From a virus: a stretch of 64,000 bases of DNA. Shown one piece after another: positions 9,287 to 16,002 of this stretch. Made by a program: the position numbers and the translations under genes. The notes under the pieces were generated by a model. The model was not told the origin of the DNA, did not search any database, and saw nothing but the letters and a program-made list of their open reading frames with translations. Every line of letters begins with the position of its first letter. The stretch's first letter is position 1. The stretch covers positions 1 to 64,000 of the IMG/VR virus record IMGVR_UViG_3300035703_000045. One strand, written 5' to 3'.

Positions 9287-9730
9287 CTACTTAAATTGAG
9301 ACATATAGTCGTTGTACGTCTGGATATCCTCGTCCGTTACGCCTTCCTTACTCACCAGTAGTCGGGCAGGGAAGTTACCAACCACACGAGCACCACTGGC
9401 ATGGCGTGAGTCTGAAATTATGGCATGTCTTGATGAGGTGTCTCTTAGAAGGCGACCAGATGGTTCAACCACATGGATGAACCCTGAAGGAACTGTACTT
9501 TCATTTGCAGAGTCTTCAGGAGTCCATGCGTATTGTAGTGCCGTGATGGGGTGGGGTGTCATGTAAATACGATTGGGCTTATACCCTGTATTTGCCATAT
9601 CACGGGCTTTGATATGTTCTGGAGTACTGACCTTTAGAGCAGGAAGAACCGGCTCACCTACTGGGATACGAATTGGTGACCCGTGTAGCAAATATTTAAA
9701 CTGTGAACTAAGACTTCCTGATGCACTCAT
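9287..9730 (-). CDS. ADP-ribosyltransferase-like protein (Arr-like signature)
   Basis: LLHGS...PVGEPVLP...RIYMT...ALQYA...FIHVVEPSG. Confidence 0.6.
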   Translation of the reverse strand: MSASGSLSSQFKYLLHGSPIRIPVGEPVLPALKVSTPEHIKARDMANTGYKPNRIYMTPHPITALQYAWTPEDSANESTVPSGFIHVVEPSGRLLRDTSSRHAIISDSRHASGARVVGNFPARLLVSKEGVTDEDIQTYNDYMSQFK

Positions 9731-10209
9731 CCGTTATCTACTTTTTCCATACCAGCGTAACGAACTAGTCCATTTTTGACGGAATCTTTATGGAATATGT
9801 GAGAGATACTTCCGTAGTCTTCTACAGAGTTACGAAACTTAATTGCTGAAGTTGGGTTAACTAAAGAAACATCCGCTGGTTGTGTTTCCCACAATTCAGG
9901 TTGTTCACCACTTTTAAGTCCTAGTGGAGTATCACCTGATTGCATCATGTCGTCACCCCATAGTTCGGGGCGAACCATAGATACAGGAATGTCGTATTTA
10001 TGAATGTAATTTCTGCTAATTAACGACTTAGCCGCCGCTTCCGTACCAGCATAAATAAATCTGCCCTGTGGATTACTCTGAGTTAAGTGACCACTTTTTC
10101 TTATTTTCTGTGCATAGTCATCACTATCTTGCTCATGCACAGGTAGTGGACTATCAGAACTATGGAATACCCGAACGAACTGATCTCCAAGAGAGTTTTT
10201 AGCCGACAT
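9727..10209 (-). CDS. ADP-ribosyltransferase-like protein, paralog family A
   Basis: VFHSS...IYAGTEAAA...IHKYDIP...FRNSVEDYGSISH; clear paralog of the genes at 11602 and 12463. Confidence 0.55.
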   Translation of the reverse strand: MSAKNSLGDQFVRVFHSSDSPLPVHEQDSDDYAQKIRKSGHLTQSNPQGRFIYAGTEAAAKSLISRNYIHKYDIPVSMVRPELWGDDMMQSGDTPLGLKSGEQPELWETQPADVSLVNPTSAIKFRNSVEDYGSISHIFHKDSVKNGLVRYAGMEKVDNG

Positions 10210-10238
10210 CAGTCCCCCATAGACTGTAGTGCTACAAA

Positions 10239-10658
10239 TCAGTAGTTGTAGTCACTACGGTTGCGGATGGCCTCATTAAGGTCTTCTTTAGCCAGTGTGA
10301 CATTCTCACCCCGGTTCCGGGCGGCACGGTACCGATCAAGCATTGGCTGAGTATGGTACTCACTGATGTCATCATCATTTGTGACAGGAACCTTATCGCC
10401 ACCACCGGGGTAGTACGAGGGAAGCGAGTGCTTGCTGTGGAATTCTTCTACTGGGCCGTAGTCTGAAGGAGCAGGCATGTCATTCTCTTCGTACCAATCA
10501 TAATCCTCATGGAGACTCATTGCTGACTCGTTAAAGTAGTTAGCCAGAACACGAGAAAGACGTGGTAGGTCAGAACGACCAATATTCTTATTCATGTCGT
10601 GGGTTACCTTACCAGCGTGTAGGGGTCGGCCTCGGTGGTCGGATGCGGTCATATTCAA
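10239..10658 (-). CDS. Hypothetical protein
   Basis: AAGGAG RBS and TATTAT -10 upstream. Confidence 0.55.
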   Translation of the reverse strand: MNMTASDHRGRPLHAGKVTHDMNKNIGRSDLPRLSRVLANYFNESAMSLHEDYDWYEENDMPAPSDYGPVEEFHSKHSLPSYYPGGGDKVPVTNDDDISEYHTQPMLDRYRAARNRGENVTLAKEDLNEAIRNRSDYNY

Positions 10659-10700
10659 CTCCTTAATATTGAGTGCTCGGTCTATAATACACCAAATAAT

Positions 10701-11510
10701 TTAGTTGGGAAAATAACCTCTTGGATCAAGTTTAGCCCAAGTACCAGTTTCAAGATCTACAACATCATGAAAAGTCGTCTTGGGATTAACTGTATGACTA
10801 ACACCTAAAAATTGACCACTTAAATGATGTGGTTTATTTTGTCTGATACTAGATATTTCAGATTCTGGCATGTTAGTAATGAGTTCAGACAGACGTTCAG
10901 AAAGTTCAGGATTTGCGTTTCTTTTTCTATTGAATTCTCCAAAACGTGAATAAATATCGTCTCGTGCATGTAAAAATTTAAAATGTGAATCAGTATCGTG
11001 TGGATCCCAATGACTACTAAGAAGGTCTAGATTAAGTACCCGAGAATCTTTACTTGGTTCAAATACTGCCTTATCAATAGAACCATGCATTGCCTTATCA
11101 CCACTTGCGACTGTGCCAGAAAACGGTTTACGATGAGCGGCTTCATATACAAGGCTTCCATATGCGTCATCTTGTATGGCTTTTCGTAGTCCAACAGTCA
11201 TATTAGTGGGAAATACTGCCGCTTGAAGGATCGCTGATGGGTGAGAAAGCCCTTCTTCCCTCATATCAAAGCGTAGTGTGTCATCGGAGAATATATTTTT
11301 GTGTTTAGTTGGATCAATATTATATGATAATAGATCTTTTCCAATCATATGTGATATTTCTGATCCGGGCCTAATAAGGCCAGTACCCATATCAATACCA
11401 GCATTAAAATGAGACAACCTACGAATATGAAATTCAGGATCCCTTAAATTACCTAATCCTGATCTAAAACGAATATCAGATAAATTAGAGTTTCTAAGTA
11501 ATTCAGGCAT
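10701..11510 (-). CDS. Hypothetical protein carrying an HLSGQF tag
   Basis: 269-aa ORF with GGAGG RBS. Confidence 0.65.
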   Translation of the reverse strand: MPELLRNSNLSDIRFRSGLGNLRDPEFHIRRLSHFNAGIDMGTGLIRPGSEISHMIGKDLLSYNIDPTKHKNIFSDDTLRFDMREEGLSHPSAILQAAVFPTNMTVGLRKAIQDDAYGSLVYEAAHRKPFSGTVASGDKAMHGSIDKAVFEPSKDSRVLNLDLLSSHWDPHDTDSHFKFLHARDDIYSRFGEFNRKRNANPELSERLSELITNMPESEISSIRQNKPHHLSGQFLGVSHTVNPKTTFHDVVDLETGTWAKLDPRGYFPN

Positions 11511-11601
11511 ACAATCCTCCGAGTATATTCATTTTACTTTAAAATTGTGGTCATATACTACAAGATCTTTATTAGACGGCGATTTTTTGCACTTATACCT
11601 A

Positions 11602-12048
11602 TTAGTTGTCCCACAATGTGGGCTGGTACCTCCCGCCAGACATCACAGTTATAGCATTTGCAATGGCTTGACCGTCTTCTCCACGAAGTTCTTGGAATTG
11701 GGGACCAAGGTGCTTCACATGCTTACCTACAAAGTGGCTAGGGATAACATAGGAGGTAGAACCAACGTCCTCTACGGCGTTTGTGTACGGATAAATACGA
11801 TTAGTTTTGTGCTCAGGAACAATTTTTCCGCCCCTGTTGTATGGGTCTTCCCAATCCTTTACCCGTGAAGTAGGAGCAGTGTCGGGTATTTCATAGGCGT
11901 GTACCGTGGCGATGCCCCCAGACTCCTCCGCTTCATCTAAACGATCCTTAGCGGCCTTACGAGTACCGGCATGAAAGGTCTCTTGATCGTACTCATGGGG
12001 TGGTTTGGACTCAAATGTCCCGTGGTAGACGATCTTAGATGCGCTCAT
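11602..12048 (-). CDS. ADP-ribosyltransferase-like protein, paralog family A
   Basis: VYHGT...FHAGTRKAAKDR...VHAYEIP...YTNAVEDVGSTSYV; resembles polyvalent-protein ART domains. Confidence 0.6.
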   Translation of the reverse strand: MSASKIVYHGTFESKPPHEYDQETFHAGTRKAAKDRLDEAEESGGIATVHAYEIPDTAPTSRVKDWEDPYNRGGKIVPEHKTNRIYPYTNAVEDVGSTSYVIPSHFVGKHVKHLGPQFQELRGEDGQAIANAITVMSGGRYQPTLWDN

Positions 12049-12051
12049 GGC

Positions 12052-12435
12052 TCAATCCTTGAACTGGTCGCCTAGATGTGCTCGTTTTTCCATCTCATTC
12101 ATACGCCAAGAACGTAATTGACGCTCATAATCAGTTGCATGGCTGTGGCGAGGACCAAAAGCGGCAGGAGTGATCTCATGGTCTCCCCGTCCCAGTGCCA
12201 TTGGGCCAGAGCCACGGGGGTCATCATGCAACCAACCTTCGGAAAATCCTAGATTTATGAATGGTCTAGGTCGTTCAATGCCTTCAACACCACCCACAAC
12301 CAATCCAGAGTCAGTTGGAGTCTCAAACCGATGGTGAGGAGTCTCTAATCTAAAGGAGCCAGAACGGATAGGAAGACCACATTCAGCACATGATGGCTGT
12401 ACTAACGTCGGATCTTCAATGGGGAAATCAGTCAT
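12052..12435 (-). CDS. Hypothetical protein with CxxC motif and C-terminal HLGDQF
   Basis: CAECGLPI...WLH...H; leaderless-type promoter upstream. Confidence 0.6.
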   Translation of the reverse strand: MTDFPIEDPTLVQPSCAECGLPIRSGSFRLETPHHRFETPTDSGLVVGGVEGIERPRPFINLGFSEGWLHDDPRGSGPMALGRGDHEITPAAFGPRHSHATDYERQLRSWRMNEMEKRAHLGDQFKD

Positions 12436-12448
12436 GGCTCAATAATAC
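12433..12448 (-). promoter_or_regulatory. Leaderless promoter GTATTATTGAGCC-ATG, copy 1
   Basis: -10 TATTAT lies 6 nt before the ATG; identical 16-mer at 12895-12910. Confidence 0.55.
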
Positions 12449-12462
12449 ATTAGATTGTAAGG

Positions 12463-12897
12463 TCAGGATAAAGACATACCCATATACTTGATTTTATTAT
12501 CATTTATGTCTTTTTTATGCATAATGTAAGAAATACTGCCCTTATCTTCAACTTGGTTACGATACTGAAGTACTTCTCCGGGTTTAACGTCACGAGGTCT
12601 TACTGGAACTGTTTCCCACAAAGTGGGTCCACTTTTATCGGCAAGTTCCATAACTATGCGTGAGTCTCGTTCTGAGTCCGGGTCATGATCATCATCAGCC
12701 CAGATTTCAGGACGAAGCATACTTACAGGGATTCGGTAATGATGAATAACATCTCTACCTGACTCCATCATACGGTCAATTGCGGCTTGTTCAGTACCAG
12801 CAAAAACATGAGGATGACCATATCGTACATGGGGAGCATTGTTATCCATTGATGCGTGGTACACATCAATAAACTGTGGTCCGTCAGGTATTGGCAT
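12463..12897 (-). CDS. ADP-ribosyltransferase-like protein, paralog family A
   Basis: VYHAS...VFAGTEQAAIDR...IHHYRIP...YRNQVEDKGSISYI. Confidence 0.55.
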   Translation of the reverse strand: MPIPDGPQFIDVYHASMDNNAPHVRYGHPHVFAGTEQAAIDRMMESGRDVIHHYRIPVSMLRPEIWADDDHDPDSERDSRIVMELADKSGPTLWETVPVRPRDVKPGEVLQYRNQVEDKGSISYIMHKKDINDNKIKYMGMSLS

Positions 12898-12910
12898 GGC
12901 TCAATAATAC
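12895..12910 (-). promoter_or_regulatory. Leaderless promoter GTATTATTGAGCC-ATG, copy 2
   Basis: Identical to 12433-12448; heads the minus-strand array. Confidence 0.55.
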
Positions 12911-13021
12911 CAGAATAGGGCTACATTTGACTTTTGGCAGGTTACCCCCATTGCAGAATAGGGCTATTGCGTAGTTTTGGTGTTATTGGGTGGTTGGCCC
13001 TGCACCATTCGCCGTGAAGCC

Positions 13022-13717
13022 TGTGGATTAACCATGGGGGGTGTGGATATCCCTGTGGATAATGCCGTTATCCACAGCCCTATCTGTGGATAAGTGGTGT
13101 AGTTATCCACATCCCTGTGGGCAATTCTGTGGATAAGTGGCTGTCAAGGGGCAATTGTGTGACATTTGTCATGTGGATAACCCCATTTCCTGTGGATAAC
13201 TATGTGGATAACCCCGAAACCCTGTGTATAACCCATTTCAGCCTGTGGATAAAGATACCCCAAGGGGTACCGTACGCTGGGGAAATGCAAAGTGGGCTTG
13301 TTCATTGACTTTCTGCACGATTTCAGTGCATTTGCCCTGCTCAGAGGCACATTTCGTTGTCCACAGCGATCTGTGGAAATCGCCGTAGAGCCGTTTGGAG
13401 GCTCTGGAGGGGGTGCAGTGCCCCGAAACGCTGGAGGCTGTCAGAGGGCGAAATAGGGGGCAATGAGAGGAAAGTGTCATAACGTGGCATCAGCCCTAGA
13501 AATGGGGCTATGGGTGAGACAAATGTCACAAGTGGGGGGTAGGTGCAGGTATTTGCACTATGCAATCAATCCCCCATCAACTATTTGTACTCTGCAATAG
13601 TTGCACCCTACAAGTATCCCCGTCGCATCCCCCCTATGACCCCCTCTGATATCCCATTCATATATATGTCCAATTTCCGATCCAGTTATCCACAGGGGGC
13701 GCAGAAAGTTATCCACA
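13022..13717. promoter_or_regulatory. DnaA-box cluster (oriC-like or datA-like locus)
   Basis: Perfect TTATCCACA/TGTGGATAA starting at 13054, 13068, 13085, 13103, 13128, 13172, 13191, 13203, 13244, 13686, 13709; TGTGTATAA at 13223; TTGTCCACA at 13357; near-matches at 13022, 13042, 13116, 13372. Confidence 0.88.
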
Positions 13718-14018
13718 GACCCCGAATCGTCCCTACAGTGGCAGTGTGAGGTTCGCAGGGGTCACCATCGTCGGTGGCATCTCAGCATGCGTCCCTACCT
13801 CACGGTGATTCCCACCCTGCAAGGTCGCCACGCTCTCCGATGTCGCAAGTTTGACAGTGCGAGCACGACCGATGCCCCAGCGGTGCGCTGGCACGGATGG
13901 GAAGTCACCCCGTGATTACGAAATGCTCCGAACTGGGGGGATCAGAAGTTGGGCGGTCTAGCACCCGTCACCCCTGAATGCATAGCCAGTCCACCGGAGT
14001 ACGCATGCCAATTCCAAC

Positions 14019-14056
14019 GGTCTCAGGTCTCAGGTCTCACAAGGCGCAAGGTCTCA
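14019..14056 (+). repeat. GGTCTCA heptamer x4 (three tandem, one spaced)
   Basis: Copies at 14019, 14026, 14033 and 14050. Confidence 0.8.
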
Positions 14057-14119
14057 TCGTCCGTCCCCCATGTATGTGGGGGGCGATGGTCGCAGGGGTT
14101 CGCCCCGTAAAGCGACACC

Positions 14120-14175
14120 GTTGGGAGATGCCCCACTAGGGGGCGATTCATGAGGTGCGATCCCTCCTCCCAACA
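14120..14175 (+). ncRNA. tRNA-like mini-element 1 (acceptor stem plus T-arm)
   Basis: GTTGGGAG...GAGG-TGCGATC-CCTC-CTCCCAAC-A with an internal GCCCC/GGGGC hairpin. Confidence 0.4.
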
Positions 14176-14195
14176 CTGCTGACATCCCGTCAGCC

Positions 14196-14212
14196 TGCGT
14201 TCCCGTAACGCA
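14196..14212. repeat. Intergenic palindrome, copy 1 (TGCGTTCCCGTAACGCA, one mismatch)
   Basis: Matches consensus TGCGTTAC-S-GTAACGCA; lies just upstream of the GAAAGGAC RBS. Confidence 0.8.
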
Positions 14213-14231
14213 CCAACCCGAAAGGACAGCA

Positions 14232-14873
14232 ATGAACACCACCGACAACCGAGGGGTTCTCACCCCCATCCACACCGCCTGCGAGATCGCCGAGTCGGCT
14301 CTCGCTGATGCCAACGAGGTGCTCGCCTGCCTGCCAGTGATCATGGATGCCAGCGAGGGTGTCAGCAATCGTGACATCGCCTACTGGGGCGTGAGCGAGG
14401 GCATGGTTCGCCGGTACAAGGTGCTCGCCACCATCATCGCCTTGGGCGACGACGAGGGTGCCCAGTGCGATCTCTTCACGGCTCGCAAGGTCGTGAACGC
14501 CACGTTCAAGGTCAAGGGCATCACCACCGAGATGATGAACGAGGTCATCGCTGAGAGCGACACCGTGTCGCAGGCGGTCGCTGGTCTTCAGGCTCTCGCC
14601 TTGGCTCCGGTCATGACCGAGGTGGACGAGGACGAGACGGACGGCGACGGCGACGGCGACGAGGATCAGACCCCCGACCCCAAGGACGACCTCGCCAAGA
14701 AGGTCACCAACTGGCTCACGGCTGGTCAGGGTTCGCTTCGCAAGGTCGTGGAGGCGCAGGGCAACGGGTTCGTCCTGACCGATGAGCAGGTCGTCGCTCT
14801 CACCACCCTGACCGACCTCGTCGCTCAGATCAACGCCAACGCCAACGCTCAGAAGACGGTCGTCGCCGTCTGA
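14232..14873 (+). CDS. Hypothetical protein, first gene of the plus-strand region
   Basis: GAAAGGAC RBS, strong GC3 bias, acidic DGDGD linker. Confidence 0.8.
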   Translation: MNTTDNRGVLTPIHTACEIAESALADANEVLACLPVIMDASEGVSNRDIAYWGVSEGMVRRYKVLATIIALGDDEGAQCDLFTARKVVNATFKVKGITTEMMNEVIAESDTVSQAVAGLQALALAPVMTEVDEDETDGDGDGDEDQTPDPKDDLAKKVTNWLTAGQGSLRKVVEAQGNGFVLTDEQVVALTTLTDLVAQINANANAQKTVVAV

Positions 14874-14880
14874 TGACACC

Positions 14881-14948
14881 GCCAGTAGCAGTGGGGATGC
14901 CACGGGGCATCAGCAATCCCACGGGGGGTTCAACTCCCCCCACTGGCA
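14881..14948 (+). ncRNA. tRNA-like mini-element 2 (acceptor stem plus T-arm, no D-arm)
   Basis: GCCAGT...GTGGG-GATGCC-ACGG-GGCATC...CCCAC-G-GGGGG-TTCAACT-CCCCC-C-ACTGGC-A. Confidence 0.5.
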
Positions 14949-14998
14949 CTGCTGGACGAGTGCACGGGCAACTGTGCGCTCGTCTAGTATCAACACCG

Positions 14999-15015
14999 TG
15001 CGTTACCGTAACGCA
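14999..15015. repeat. Intergenic palindrome, copy 2
   Basis: TGCGTTACCGTAACGCA upstream of the RBS of the gene at 15035. Confidence 0.85.
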
Positions 15016-15034
15016 CCCGAATGAAAGGACAGCC

Positions 15035-15874
15035 ATGAACCAGCCCAGCGAGAAGCAGATCGGATTCATCCGGTCTCTCGTCAACGAGCGTCGTCAGACG
15101 CTCACCGACCTCAAGCCCGAGTGGCTCACCACTCCGACCACGACCCGTGAGGCGAGCGACATCATCTCCCGACTGATGGATCTGCCCCGTGACCCGAAGG
15201 CTCCGACCGCCGAAGATGCCGACCTCGCCACCGACATGGCAATCCTCAAGAACGGACTGGGCGAATTGTCGGGGCGTGACTTCCACTTCGCCTCGTCGCT
15301 CGTCAAGCAGTACGAAGAGCGTGGCACCCTGTCCGACCGCCAACGGGCGTTCATCCCCAAGTTGTTCAAGGCGATGGACGGTGCTGACAAGCCCGTGCCC
15401 ATGGGCATCCACCGTGCCAGCGACGGCACCATCGTCCTCGTCTACCTGACCAAGAACGGTCGTCAGGCTGGCAAGGTGCTGGACGAGGGCACCTTCATCT
15501 ACGCCAGCGGTGTCATCGCCCGTTTCAACCTGTCCGACGAGACGGTGATCTCGCAGGCGCAGGCTCAGGAGTTCGGGCGCACCCACGGCTTCTGCGTGGC
15601 ATGTGCCAAGCCCCTCACCGACGACCGCTCGCTCGCATCGGGCTACGGCGCAGTGTGCGCTGGCAAGTACGGGTGGCACTACTGCACCCGTGAAGAGGCG
15701 GTGGCGATCTTGGGTCGCCCCGTCGCCTGCCAGCACCAGTGGGAGTTGGTCAAGACGGACACCAACTACTACAACCCCCAATTGGGGACGGGGTCGTGGA
15801 CGGAGCACTACGAGTGCGCCAACTGCGACGAGTGCAAGACGGTCAACATCGTCAACAACCGCTCGGGCGACTGA
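15035..15874 (+). CDS. DUF6011-like zinc-binding protein
   Basis: GFCVACAKPLTDDRSLASGYGAVCA; N-terminal SEKQIGFIRSL; start moved to the ATG after GAAAGGAC. Confidence 0.7.
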   Translation: MNQPSEKQIGFIRSLVNERRQTLTDLKPEWLTTPTTTREASDIISRLMDLPRDPKAPTAEDADLATDMAILKNGLGELSGRDFHFASSLVKQYEERGTLSDRQRAFIPKLFKAMDGADKPVPMGIHRASDGTIVLVYLTKNGRQAGKVLDEGTFIYASGVIARFNLSDETVISQAQAQEFGRTHGFCVACAKPLTDDRSLASGYGAVCAGKYGWHYCTREEAVAILGRPVACQHQWELVKTDTNYYNPQLGTGSWTEHYECANCDECKTVNIVNNRSGD

Positions 15875-15935
15875 TCAGGGGGTGGTATCGGGCAATCTGA
15901 TATCCATCCCATATCCCATCCGACTGCTGGGGGGT

Positions 15936-15952
15936 TGCGTTACCGTAACGCA
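15936..15952. repeat. Intergenic palindrome, copy 3
   Basis: TGCGTTACCGTAACGCA flanked by a G-run and a C-run. Confidence 0.85.
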
Positions 15953-16002
15953 CCCCCTAGCCTGACCCTTCCAACCAACCCAACCACCGAAAGGACACCA
16001 CC

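Larger units (their letters stand above)
13746..14175 (+). ncRNA. Candidate large structured RNA or 5' leader of the plus-strand region
   Basis: TACAGT -10 at 13734-13739; nested helices GTGAGG/CCTCAC, GGTGATTCCCA/TGGGAAGTCACC, GCTCCG/CGGAGT, ACTGG/CCAGT, TTCCAACGGT/ACCGTTGGGA, GGGG-TTCG-CCCC; no credible plus-strand ORF. Confidence 0.5.

Noticed and set aside
12911-12966. Direct repeat CAGAATAGGGCTA x2
   Set aside because: Only two 13-bp copies; could relate to a genome end or promoter but is too weak to call.
13022-13717. Host chromosomal oriC or prophage boundary
   Set aside because: Both flanks are phage-type genes, with no dnaA, dnaN, rpmH or integrase; only a read-level check could reveal a chimera.
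14881-14948. Canonical tRNA gene
   Set aside because: No D-arm or 7-nt anticodon loop; kept only as a tRNA-like element.
14873-15034. Upstream extensions of ORFs 14873, 17540 and 19018
   Set aside because: They run through the structured intergenic elements; strong RBSs point to 15035, 17708 and 19075.
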